This document shows positions 1 to 8,961 of a DNA stretch of 64,000 nucleotides, piece after piece (position 1 is the stretch's first letter; each line of letters begins with the position of its first letter). The DNA is from Bacteroidota bacterium (GTDB lineage: Bacteria > Bacteroidota > Bacteroidia > Flavobacteriales > Flavobacteriaceae), in NCBI GenBank assembly GCA_027620655.1, contig JAQCDS010000003.1, positions 10,449-74,448 of the forward strand, given 5' to 3'. The notes below the pieces were generated by a model, which saw only the letters and a list, made by a program, of their open reading frames with translations, was not told the DNA's origin and searched no databases. The position numbers and the translations under genes are program-made.

Positions 1-135
1 GATATAAACGTGAAGTCGTTCTGCATGAGAATACTTTAAACTATTGTCTTCTTTTATACAAACAGTCTCACCATCCTTTGCAAGTGCAACAGAACAGTTT
101 GTTGTAGAAGTTTCAATATTTAAAATATATTTCAT
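1..135 (-). CDS. tsaB: TsaB (t6A37 threonylcarbamoyltransferase complex dimerisation subunit), N-terminal 45 codons; gene runs off the window start
   Basis: Own translation from ATG at 135..133: MKYILNIETSTTNCSVALAKDGETVCIKEDNSLKYSHAERLHVYI, a typical TsaB/YeaZ N-terminus. Absent from the ORF track because it is truncated. Confidence 0.6.
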   Translation of the reverse strand, partial: MKYILNIETSTTNCSVALAKDGETVCIKEDNSLKYSHAERLHVYI

Positions 136-136
136 A

Positions 137-1450
137 TTACAATGCTAGTGATTTTCCGAGAAAAAAATCTAAAACTTTTGTTTTAAAAACAAAATCATAT
201 TTAGCCCTCACAAGACTAGATTGTGCATTTATAAGTTGTACTCTATTTTGGTCCAAATCAAATGCATTGAGCGCTCCAATGTTGTAACGCTCCTGAGCAT
301 TTTCAAAAGAAAGTTGCCTTGAGGCTACTGATTTTTGAGCAGAAACATACGTTTTTAAAGCGGCTTTGGCATCTGTAAAAGCTCTTTGAATGTTACTTTC
401 CAAATCTAGTTTTGCTTGATCCAACGCCAATTTTCTGTTTTCAATCTGAATGGAAGATTTAGCCAAATTGGTTTTATTTTGATATCTTGAAAAGATAGGA
501 ATGTTTAGGTTTACATTAAAACTATGTCCTTTATTATCATTAAACTGTTGAAAAAAGGAATTGGAACTATTAAGGTTAGAAAAATTTGCTCCTGTATTGA
601 GTCCATATCCAAAGGTAACGGTTGGATAGAATCCACTTTTTGAAATTTCTCTGCCCAACTCTGCAGATTCAATATTTTTTTCTGCAACTTTTATCTCACT
701 TCTGTTTTTGAAAGCATGTTCCAAAATAGGCTGAACATTATCATACATCAGCGCTTCCGAAGGGGCATCAAGTTCAATAATTTCTACATCAAATCCATCA
801 AATGGAACTTGTAAAGTTTGAGATAATGATAAAAGGGCTAAGGTATAATTGTTTTGAGCCACAGTAAGTTGTTGTTCGTCATTAGCAAGTGTAGCTTCAG
901 AATCAAACACGTTTGCTTGTGGTTGAGTTCCAGCCGCTACCAACTCTTTGAATCGTTTGAGTTGATCTACAGAAAATTGAAATTGTGCTTGTGCAATAAT
1001 TAGATTTTCTTTATTCAATAGCACATTCAAATAAGAGTTCACAACATTCAGTGCAACATTGTCTCTTATTCGATTGTACTCCTCTTCATTTGCTTCTTTG
1101 TTTATTAAAGATTGCTTGTAAACATTAGTGTTTCTAAAACCATTAAAAATGGTTTGTGAAAGATTGACCCCAAGGTTTGTTGAGTGAAAAGTTCGATCTA
1201 CAAAATTGCCATCAAAAACCTCAACATTTCCAAGATTTAAACGTTGTGATCCGTTGATTGAAAGTGAAGGCAAAAAATTCCCTTTTGCTGCAATAATATC
1301 CTGATCATTAGTGAGTAAAGAATTTTCACTTTGCTTTACAGCAATATTATTTTGCAAAGCGTGGTCTACACATGCTTTCAAGGTCCATTTTTTCTGAGCC
1401 GTTGTTGTGAATGTACAAAATGTACAAATCAATAGGAGTAGGTGTTTCAT
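137..1450 (-). CDS. TolC-family outer membrane efflux protein
   Basis: Track ORF 137..1591 trimmed to the internal ATG at 1450, which gives signal peptide MKHLLLLICTFCTFTTTAQ. The 47-codon extension overlaps the upstream adaptor gene. Two OEP-type repeats; last gene of the efflux operon. Confidence 0.85.
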   Translation of the reverse strand: MKHLLLLICTFCTFTTTAQKKWTLKACVDHALQNNIAVKQSENSLLTNDQDIIAAKGNFLPSLSINGSQRLNLGNVEVFDGNFVDRTFHSTNLGVNLSQTIFNGFRNTNVYKQSLINKEANEEEYNRIRDNVALNVVNSYLNVLLNKENLIIAQAQFQFSVDQLKRFKELVAAGTQPQANVFDSEATLANDEQQLTVAQNNYTLALLSLSQTLQVPFDGFDVEIIELDAPSEALMYDNVQPILEHAFKNRSEIKVAEKNIESAELGREISKSGFYPTVTFGYGLNTGANFSNLNSSNSFFQQFNDNKGHSFNVNLNIPIFSRYQNKTNLAKSSIQIENRKLALDQAKLDLESNIQRAFTDAKAALKTYVSAQKSVASRQLSFENAQERYNIGALNAFDLDQNRVQLINAQSSLVRAKYDFVFKTKVLDFFLGKSLAL

Positions 1451-1469
1451 TATTGTATTGATTTGAAAG

Positions 1470-2597
1470 TTAGTCATTATCCTCTTCATTATCTTCATTG
1501 TTTTCTTCAGAAGCTTTATTCCAAACTTTAATCTTGTCGGTTTCTTCAATACCATCAGTAATTTCAACATTGATGCCATCAGAAATTCCAATTTCTACAT
1601 TCTTCTTTCTAAATGTTTCATTGTCGTTTAGAATTTCTACAAAAGGTTTTTCTGTTATTCTGTTAAATTGAAGTAACGCCTCTTTTATGACCATAATACT
1701 ATCTTTACTTTCTACCTCAATTTCTGCATTGGCACTGTAGCCTGCACGAATTTTATTGCTTGACTCTACTTCAACATCTGCTTTAATGACAAACTGAACT
1801 GCACCAGCTTCCTCAACTCCTTTTGGCGCAACAAAAGTGAGTTTTGCTGGAAATTCTTTTTCATTGATGGCACCAAGAACAACCTTAATTTGTTTGCCTT
1901 CTTCCAGTTTTCCTACTTCCGATTCATCAACTTTACCCTCAAAAATCATCTTACTCATATCAGCAATAGTTGCAATGGTTGTACCCGCATTAAAATTATT
2001 ACTTTCAATGACTTGATCTCCCTCTCGAACTGGAATTTCTAATATTGTCCCCGAAATTTGAGCAACAATGTTGGTGTTGGCAGAGCCCCCTCCAGAAATA
2101 GAACCTTGTCTAATGATTTGATAATCGTTTTGCGCTTGATTATAATTTTCTTCCGCTTGATTCAAACTCAATTCGCTGTTTTCAAAATCTTGTCTAGAAA
2201 TCACGCCTTTGTCATAAAGGACTTTGTTTCTATCATACAAGGTTTTTGAATTATTAAAAGACAGTCTTGCTGTTTTAATTCGACTTTGAGCACTTACCAA
2301 AGCTTGTTCATTTGGAACAACTCGAATTTTGGCAATCAAATCGCCTTTTTGAACCAAATCGCCTTCTTCAACTAGGATTCTATCAACAATTCCAGAGATT
2401 TGAGGTTTTAGTTCAATTTCTTCTTCGGGGTTTAATTTTCCTGTAGCTACAATTTTAGTATCTAAAGTTGTATAAAATGGTAGTTCTGTTTTGTAATCTA
2501 CCACTTCTTTCGTATTTGAATCTTTAAAGTATTTTAATACAAATACTAAAAGTAAGAGTAATACAATTCCTAAAATAATTTTTACTGTTTTATTCAT
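1470..2597 (-). CDS. Efflux periplasmic adaptor (HlyD/MacA-type membrane fusion protein)
   Basis: N-terminal TM anchor, biotinyl/lipoyl-like segment (ISGIVDRILVEEGDLVQKGDLIAKI), coiled-coil hairpin and beta-barrel. Sits between the FtsX permeases and TolC. Confidence 0.85.
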   Translation of the reverse strand: MNKTVKIILGIVLLLLLVFVLKYFKDSNTKEVVDYKTELPFYTTLDTKIVATGKLNPEEEIELKPQISGIVDRILVEEGDLVQKGDLIAKIRVVPNEQALVSAQSRIKTARLSFNNSKTLYDRNKVLYDKGVISRQDFENSELSLNQAEENYNQAQNDYQIIRQGSISGGGSANTNIVAQISGTILEIPVREGDQVIESNNFNAGTTIATIADMSKMIFEGKVDESEVGKLEEGKQIKVVLGAINEKEFPAKLTFVAPKGVEEAGAVQFVIKADVEVESSNKIRAGYSANAEIEVESKDSIMVIKEALLQFNRITEKPFVEILNDNETFRKKNVEIGISDGINVEITDGIEETDKIKVWNKASEENNEDNEEDND

Positions 2598-2610
2598 TTT
2601 TATAATTTAT

Positions 2611-3855
2611 TTATTCTTCTCTTAATGCTTCTATTGGTTTGACACTTGTTGCTTTAAAAGCTGGAATCAAACCAATTAATGTCCCTAAAATGACGAGGAT
2701 GATAAGGGCCACAAAAATTATGGATATAGATACTGAGGCGTTTACTAATGTTGCATCGTCACCTTGTCCCCATACAAGATCTATGACAATTAAAATCCAC
2801 CCTCCTGAAATGATTCCTAATAATCCAGAAGTCATCGTTAAAAATACCGCTTCAACAACAATTTGACGTTTGATTTCAAAAGGGGTAGCACCTAGTGCCC
2901 GTCGTACACCTATTTCCTTGGTGCGCTCTTTTACTGTTATGAGCAATATGTTTCCAATTGCAAAAACACCTGCTATTAGCGTAGATATTCCAACAAACCA
3001 TGTTAAAAATTGCATCCCCGTTAAAAATCCTGTGATTTTTTTAAACTCTTTACCAAGATTAAAACTTCCAAATGCTCTTTTGTCTCGAGGATGTATTTTA
3101 TTTAAATTTCTTAACAACAATTTAGTGTCTTCTTCTATTTGTTTGATATTATACTCTGGTTTTCCAGTAATTACAATCCAACCAATTTTATCTCCTTGAT
3201 TGTAAAGCTGTTGAAAGGTTGAAAATGGAATATGAATGTCGCTAGTAGGCCCCATGTTGACATTACCATTTTGAAACACACCAATGACCGTAAAATTAAT
3301 ACTGTTCATTTGTATGTATGCTCCTATTGGATTTTCATCTTTATCGAAAAGTTGTTTAAATATATCTTCCGAAATAACAGCGACTTTTTTATTTTCATTA
3401 ATATCATTTTGATTGATAAAGCGCCCTTTCATCATTTTCTTTTTTTGGACCTGATCTAAAAGGGGGTAATCACCATCAATTCCATAAGTCCCTGAAAGAA
3501 AATTTCGAGCTACCAAGCCTTGATTACGATTTCTTGGTACTACAAACTCTACGCCTTCTACGTTGTCTTTTATTTTATTGACATGGCTCAATTTGAGGCG
3601 GACTTGCTTTCCTTCCTGAAAACCCTTGAATGGCATACTAGTACTTTGCCCCCAAACAAAAACACTATTTGTTGCAAAGTCTCCAAAGAGACGATTAAAA
3701 GAGTTTTCCATTCCTCGTGCAGCGCCCAAAAGTGCGATTAAAAGTAAAATCCCCCACCATACACCTACCATTGTAATTGCAGTGCGTAATTTATTCTTAG
3801 TCACACTGTCGTAGACTTCTTGCCATGTATCTCTTTGAAATAAAAATTTTATCAT
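2611..3855 (-). CDS. ABC transporter permease, FtsX/MacB-type
   Basis: TM1, a large periplasmic loop, then a C-terminal FtsX 3-TM bundle (KERTKEIGVRRALGA motif). Confidence 0.85.
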   Translation of the reverse strand: MIKFLFQRDTWQEVYDSVTKNKLRTAITMVGVWWGILLLIALLGAARGMENSFNRLFGDFATNSVFVWGQSTSMPFKGFQEGKQVRLKLSHVNKIKDNVEGVEFVVPRNRNQGLVARNFLSGTYGIDGDYPLLDQVQKKKMMKGRFINQNDINENKKVAVISEDIFKQLFDKDENPIGAYIQMNSINFTVIGVFQNGNVNMGPTSDIHIPFSTFQQLYNQGDKIGWIVITGKPEYNIKQIEEDTKLLLRNLNKIHPRDKRAFGSFNLGKEFKKITGFLTGMQFLTWFVGISTLIAGVFAIGNILLITVKERTKEIGVRRALGATPFEIKRQIVVEAVFLTMTSGLLGIISGGWILIVIDLVWGQGDDATLVNASVSISIIFVALIILVILGTLIGLIPAFKATSVKPIEALREE

Positions 3856-3856
3856 G

Positions 3857-5086
3857 CTAATCGTCTCTTAGTGCTATAATAGGTTTTATTTTTGAGGCTT
3901 TTTTTGCTGGAACATATCCTGCCAATGTTCCTGCCGCAATTAGTGTAAATGTTGCAGCGATCACTAACGATTGACTTACGCTTGGGTTGGTTATAAAGTA
4001 GGATTTTAGGCTTGGCCCTACCCATTCTAACACCCCTACTCCAACCAAAAGGCCTAAATATCCAGCAATGGTTGTAATTAATATAGATTCAATCAATATT
4101 ATAGAAATGATCGCTGGTGGAGATGCACCCAATGCTTTTCTAATCCCAATTTCTTTGGTACGTTCCTTGACAATAAAAATCATAATATTGCTAATTCCAA
4201 CAATTCCAGCAATGAGAGTCCCCATCCCTATAATCAAAATTAAAATTCCCAATACAGAAGTCATTTGATTGATCCCTTTGTTTTGCATGGCCATATTGAA
4301 AACTCGAATGGCTCTTTGATCATTTTTGGCTACAGAAAAACGCTCTTTCAATTTCTTTTCTAAATCTAAACTAAAGTCAATGGCTTGATCATAATTATAT
4401 TTTGGGTTGTAGGTTAGATTGATTTGATCGACATAATCGTTATTTCCGTAGATGAGCTGTGCGGTGGTTAACGGCATATAAATGATGCGCTCTTCATCAT
4501 CTCCCCCATCATCTTTAAACACACCAACAACCTGATATGGAATACCACTCAAATTAATGTATTTGCCTAATGGATCTTCTTTTAAAAATAAATCTTGTCG
4601 CACCAAATCTCCAATAACAATTGTTCTCGTTCGAGCCTTCATATCAAGTTGGTTAATGTAGCGCCCTTGTGTTACTTTTGTTTTCTCTAAGTATTGATGG
4701 TCTGGATGAACAGCCCTTAAAGAATAATCGTTTTTTTCGTTTTTGTAGCTTGCAGATGCATTTCTATATATTCTTGAGGTAATAAATTCAATACTGGGTT
4801 CAAAATCCGATTTGATATAATCATAATCTTTGTTTTTAAATTGAATCTTGCGGCCTGCTTGAAGTCCTTTGTTGGCCTTAGTCGTTCGGCCAGAACGAAT
4901 AATGACAGCGTTTGCAGCATCGTCCACAAACGCTTCTGAAAACGTATTATTTAGCCCGTTGGCAAGGCCAAAAAGAATAGTAAACAAAAGAATAGCAAAT
5001 GCAACCGTAAATCCAGAAAGCAAACTTCGTGTTCGGTTTTTGTTAATGCTTTGAAAGATTTCTCGCCAAAGATCAATATCAAACAT
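3857..5086 (-). CDS. ABC transporter permease, FtsX/MacB-type (second paralog)
   Basis: Same architecture as the neighbouring permease (KERTKEIGIRKALGA). Overlaps the ATPase gene by 8 nt. Confidence 0.85.
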   Translation of the reverse strand: MFDIDLWREIFQSINKNRTRSLLSGFTVAFAILLFTILFGLANGLNNTFSEAFVDDAANAVIIRSGRTTKANKGLQAGRKIQFKNKDYDYIKSDFEPSIEFITSRIYRNASASYKNEKNDYSLRAVHPDHQYLEKTKVTQGRYINQLDMKARTRTIVIGDLVRQDLFLKEDPLGKYINLSGIPYQVVGVFKDDGGDDEERIIYMPLTTAQLIYGNNDYVDQINLTYNPKYNYDQAIDFSLDLEKKLKERFSVAKNDQRAIRVFNMAMQNKGINQMTSVLGILILIIGMGTLIAGIVGISNIMIFIVKERTKEIGIRKALGASPPAIISIILIESILITTIAGYLGLLVGVGVLEWVGPSLKSYFITNPSVSQSLVIAATFTLIAAGTLAGYVPAKKASKIKPIIALRDD

Positions 5087-5780
5087 GTGCTTCTGCTCTT
5101 ACTTGTTGTACAACATTGTCTTCCATAATCACACCATCTTTTAGGCGTACAATACGCTTACACATTGCAGCAATATCCTCTTCATGGGTTACAATCAATA
5201 TGGTTTTCCCTTCATCATTAAGTTGCTGTAAAAACGCCATAATATCATAAGAGGTTGTGGTATCTAAAGCTCCTGTTGGCTCATCAGCTAAAAGAAGTTT
5301 TGGTTCGGAGGCCAATGCTCTTGCAATAGCAACACGCTGTTTTTGACCACCAGATAACTCGCTAGGTAAGTGTGTTGCCCAATCTAAAAGCCCTACTTTT
5401 TCCAAATGAAACTTGGCTTTTTCTTGACGCTTTTTGCGTTTCAACCCTTGATAATACAGTGGTAAGGCAACGTTTTCCAATGCATTTTTATAATTAATCA
5501 AATTAAACGATTGAAAAATAAATCCTAAAAATTTATTTCTGTAAACCGCTGCTTTCTTCTCTGTAAGATTTTTAATAGGAACTTCGTCAAGAATATAATC
5601 TCCTTCATCAGCCTCATCAAGCATTCCAATAATATTGAGGAGTGTAGATTTTCCAGAGCCAGAAGATCCCATTATGGCGACCATCTCGCCTTTTTCTACA
5701 GAAAGATCAATCCCTTTTAATACATGAAGACTAGAATCTCCTATTGGATAAGATTTGTGAAGCTTCTGAATTTTTAACAT
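5079..5780 (-). CDS. ABC transporter ATP-binding protein (MacB/LolD-type)
   Basis: Walker A GSSGSGKST, signature LSGGQKQRVAIARAL, Walker B LLLADEPTGALD. Confidence 0.9.
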   Translation of the reverse strand: MLKIQKLHKSYPIGDSSLHVLKGIDLSVEKGEMVAIMGSSGSGKSTLLNIIGMLDEADEGDYILDEVPIKNLTEKKAAVYRNKFLGFIFQSFNLINYKNALENVALPLYYQGLKRKKRQEKAKFHLEKVGLLDWATHLPSELSGGQKQRVAIARALASEPKLLLADEPTGALDTTTSYDIMAFLQQLNDEGKTILIVTHEEDIAAMCKRIVRLKDGVIMEDNVVQQVRAEAHV

Positions 5781-6007
5781 GATAATTTTTGCTTCTTAAG
5801 TGATATTGGTATGACGAAATATCTCTTCTTTTGTTACAGTTTTTTTTAGAAAAATAAACCGAATTTTTAATTCTAATGATTGTATTAAAAAAATTTAATC
5901 AGTTTTTGTGTTTTATTTATTTTTTCCTTTATATTTATTTTCAACTTTTTTTGTAATGCCCAACACTAAAAGTCGTAAAACTTATCATTTAAAAACAGAT
6001 CCTACTT

Positions 6008-6235
6008 ATGGCCTCCAAAGAAGCAAAAGAATTATTACTTGAAAAATTAAGCACTCTAATTAAAACTATTCGAAAAAGTAGAAACCTATCTCAAAAAGCG
6101 ATGGCCGAAAAATGTGGTATGGATTTCTCTAGTTATTCAAACATCGAAAATGGCAAACGCAATGTTACTGTTTTTACGCTTCAAAGAATCATAAACGTGT
6201 TTAAAATATCATTTAATGAGCTTTTTAACTTCTAG
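6008..6235 (+). CDS. XRE-family helix-turn-helix transcriptional regulator (75 aa)
   Basis: HTH_3-type pattern LSQKAMAEKCGMDFSSYSNIENGKRNVTVFTLQRI. Divergent from the efflux operon. Confidence 0.75.
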   Translation: MASKEAKELLLEKLSTLIKTIRKSRNLSQKAMAEKCGMDFSSYSNIENGKRNVTVFTLQRIINVFKISFNELFNF

Positions 6236-6453
6236 GAATTACTAGAATTTTTTCTCATATATCTGTATAAAAATAGGGCTAGTCCACCAATAAGAATGTA
6301 GGGTATAACCATGAGATAAACAATGCCATCATTCACCCCTTTGGCGGTAGCTTGTCCGGCTTCACTTTCCAATACGGCTCTACACATTGCGCATTGAGCA
6401 TTGGTGTAAAAACCAAAACAAATTAAAAATAAATATGTAGAGATTTGTTTCAA
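6232..6453 (-). CDS. Small membrane protein with N-terminal CxxC (CAMC), last gene of the cox accessory cluster
   Basis: Signal/TM segment, a CAMC pair and one C-terminal TM helix. No family recognised by me. Confidence 0.5.
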   Translation of the reverse strand: MKQISTYLFLICFGFYTNAQCAMCRAVLESEAGQATAKGVNDGIVYLMVIPYILIGGLALFLYRYMRKNSSNS

Positions 6454-6456
6454 AAC

Positions 6457-6996
6457 TTAGACGTAATACGGAGCAATCATAAGATAAACAATAACTCCTG
6501 TAATGGCCACATAAAGCCAAACTGGATAGGCGTATTTTACAATTTTCTTATGAGCAACAAAATCACTCATATAAGCACGAACATAACTGTGAAGAACCAA
6601 AGGAATCACTATAACTGATAGTACAATATGAGAAATTAAAATAAAATAGTAAATGTATTTTATTGTGCCCTTACCTCCAAAAGGCGTTGGATCACTTGTC
6701 ATGTGATAGGCGACATACATTAGAAGAAAAACTAACGAACACGCCACTGCAGTCTTCATTAAGTTTTCATGTAAAGCTACTTTTTTGTTTTTTATGGCCC
6801 AAAGCGCTGCAAGTAGTAGTGCGGCTGTAATCCCATTTATAGACGCATAAATAGGTGGTAAAAATGTAAGCGCTTCAACGTTTGGAATTCGAATTCCAAA
6901 AAGCAATGCAACTACAACCGGAATGGTTATAGAAACAATATTGATCCACAATTTAAATTTCTTTTCTATTGGTTTTGGTGTGTTACTCATCTTCAA
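6457..6996 (-). CDS. DUF420 (CtaM-like) membrane protein
   Basis: About 180-aa four-TM protein directly downstream of SCO in a cytochrome oxidase cluster, the usual DUF420 context. Confidence 0.6.
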   Translation of the reverse strand: MKMSNTPKPIEKKFKLWINIVSITIPVVVALLFGIRIPNVEALTFLPPIYASINGITAALLLAALWAIKNKKVALHENLMKTAVACSLVFLLMYVAYHMTSDPTPFGGKGTIKYIYYFILISHIVLSVIVIPLVLHSYVRAYMSDFVAHKKIVKYAYPVWLYVAITGVIVYLMIAPYYV

Positions 6997-7729
6997 GTAA
7001 TTTTAAAATATCTTCTTTTAGTGCTGAAATTTCTTCAGATTCGCCCTCGTCATTTATTTGTTCTCTTTCGCTAATGATACCTTTATAATATATTTTTGGG
7101 TTGCCAAAATCATCTGTTCTAGAACGAATATACCCCTCTTGATCTATAAGTGCAAAATTTCCAGAATGCTCAAAACCTCCTGCTGCGCCTTCAACTTCTG
7201 CGGCATAGAGATTGAACCCTATATTAGCTAAATTATAAATATCTTCTTGCTGACCTGTTAAAAAATGCCAATTTGGATTGGTTACTCCATATTGATCTGC
7301 ATAATTTTTTAAGACCTCAACAGTATCATAATCTGGATTAATGGTAAAAGAGGCAATTCCAAAATCGTTGCGTTGAGGAAAGGTGTTTTGAATATCAACT
7401 AAATTTTGATTCATTTTTGGACAAATTGTTGGGCATGTTGTAAAGAAAAATTCTACTAAATACACTTTACCCTCAAAATCATTATTTGTGATAACTTTCC
7501 CATATTGATTGGTAAAACTAAAAGGCATTACCTTTTTTTGTTCGCCATTGATGACTAAATATGAAAGTTGTGTGTCATCTTTTGTTTGTAGTTTAACATA
7601 ATCGCTTCTACTCTCCACCCTTGTGACATCATTGTTTTGTATTCTGTCAATTATTTTTGGAATAAAAATAATCCCAAAAACAAGAACAATAAAGGCGATG
7701 CCTACGTATGAATAATTAGTTGATTTCAT
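6983..7729 (-). CDS. SCO/SenC-family copper chaperone for cytochrome c oxidase
   Basis: Thioredoxin fold with the copper motif CPTICP (FFFTTCPTICPKM) and a downstream His (GFEHSGNF). N-terminal TM anchor. Confidence 0.85.
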   Translation of the reverse strand: MKSTNYSYVGIAFIVLVFGIIFIPKIIDRIQNNDVTRVESRSDYVKLQTKDDTQLSYLVINGEQKKVMPFSFTNQYGKVITNNDFEGKVYLVEFFFTTCPTICPKMNQNLVDIQNTFPQRNDFGIASFTINPDYDTVEVLKNYADQYGVTNPNWHFLTGQQEDIYNLANIGFNLYAAEVEGAAGGFEHSGNFALIDQEGYIRSRTDDFGNPKIYYKGIISEREQINDEGESEEISALKEDILKLLEDE

Positions 7730-8435
7730 TGTTTAATAGATCTTCTGCCCTACGTGTGGTTGAACTAAAATTACCTTTTCGTTTTTGGCGATATTCTGTA
7801 AACAAAATGCGCATATCTTCACTCATTTTATTTTTCAACTCGGCAACTTCAAGAACATTATATGAGGGCATAGAATAAATTGGAAAATTTTCTTCTTTTT
7901 GCGCTTTTGTTCTATCATCCAAGCGCCCACGTTGATGTTTTTCTTTATCAATAATAAAGACATCATTGGAGGCCAAATCGGGACGAAGTGCCTCTGAAAT
8001 TTTTAGATTGGTATATGCTGCTTTGATATCATCAACTGATCCAAAAGCAAACGTCCAATACTCCAAAGGCTCAAAACTGTTGAGTTCTTTTTTTAATTCT
8101 TGTGCTTGCTGTTTTGCAGTTTCAGGTAATAAAATTATAATTTGAAAACGTTTAAATCCACGGAATTTATCATAAACCAATTCTTTTAAATTCAAAGCTC
8201 GAGTGGCATCATCCATAGGGTTCTCTCCTAAAAAACCAAGTACAGTCAAATGATTTTCTAAACGAACTTTACTTCCGCCTTCTGCTTGAAAATTACTGAG
8301 CTCAGGGATGTTGCTTTTAACGATATCAAGTGTGCTATAATTGTGTTTTGAGGGGTAAAGAAACAGCAAAAATAGTACTGGTAGAAAAAACAGTACAGAG
8401 AGCACCAAGGGTTTTTTAATTTTTGCAGTAATCAT
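7716..8435 (-). CDS. Membrane-anchored SCO/thioredoxin-like paralog lacking all cysteines
   Basis: N-terminal TM. HLTVLGFLGENPMDD aligns by eye with SCO VYLVEFFFTTCPTICP, and DVFIIDKEKHQRGRLDD with FALIDQEGYIRSRTDD. There is no Cys in the whole protein. Confidence 0.45.
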   Translation of the reverse strand: MITAKIKKPLVLSVLFFLPVLFLLFLYPSKHNYSTLDIVKSNIPELSNFQAEGGSKVRLENHLTVLGFLGENPMDDATRALNLKELVYDKFRGFKRFQIIILLPETAKQQAQELKKELNSFEPLEYWTFAFGSVDDIKAAYTNLKISEALRPDLASNDVFIIDKEKHQRGRLDDRTKAQKEENFPIYSMPSYNVLEVAELKNKMSEDMRILFTEYRQKRKGNFSSTTRRAEDLLNNEIN

Positions 8436-8444
8436 AGCACAAAA

Positions 8445-8476
8445 GTAAAAAAGACGGTTATAATTAACCGTCTTTA
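8445..8476 (-). terminator. Rho-independent terminator downstream of the CoxIV-like gene
   Basis: Perfect 10-bp stem aagacggtta/taaccgtctt (8451-8460 / 8465-8474) with loop taat, followed on the minus strand by a T-run. Confidence 0.7.
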
Positions 8477-8499
8477 TTTACATAATATATTCTTAATTT

Positions 8500-8943
8500 T
8501 TAAAAATCTCTTTTGACATAGCCATTGGTATAAACAGACTCAATATAGCCCCCTTCTTGAAGCAAAATGAATACTAAGTAACATATAAGGAAAACTGCTG
8601 TCCAAACAACTAATCTTCGGAGCGCTTTTGTTTCATCGCGCATGTGCATAAAATCCCAAGTGATATAGTAGGCTTTTATAATGGTTAGTACGATGAATAT
8701 TAAATTTAAACTTTTAGTATAAATAAATGCCGAAAAGATAATGTTTAGGAGTGTTGCTCCAAGACCTCTCTCAAATGGGGTCATTGATGGGCTCATAAGA
8801 ACTTCTGGTTTATAAATACCAAGAGCAACTTCCACAGCTGTTACAATGGTAAGCAATAGAAGTACTCCCCAAATTTTTTGAGTATTGGATTTAAATTTTA
8901 TTAACCCTCTGAAAATTTCTAATTTATGTGCGTGATCTGCCAT
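8500..8943 (-). CDS. Cytochrome c oxidase subunit IV-family small membrane protein
   Basis: 147-aa multi-TM protein immediately after the two CoxIII genes. Call rests on position and hydrophobicity. Confidence 0.55.
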   Translation of the reverse strand: MADHAHKLEIFRGLIKFKSNTQKIWGVLLLLTIVTAVEVALGIYKPEVLMSPSMTPFERGLGATLLNIIFSAFIYTKSLNLIFIVLTIIKAYYITWDFMHMRDETKALRRLVVWTAVFLICYLVFILLQEGGYIESVYTNGYVKRDF

Positions 8944-8961
8944 TTTTAAAAAATTATTATA

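Noticed and set aside
1451-1591. 47-codon N-terminal extension of the TolC ORF in the track (137..1591)
   Set aside because: It overlaps the 3' end of the adaptor gene in another frame. The internal ATG at 1450 gives a proper signal peptide.
2639-3814. Five plus-strand ORFs of 62-109 aa
   Set aside because: They are antisense to the FtsX permease gene. Low-complexity AT-rich frames like these are typical shadow ORFs.
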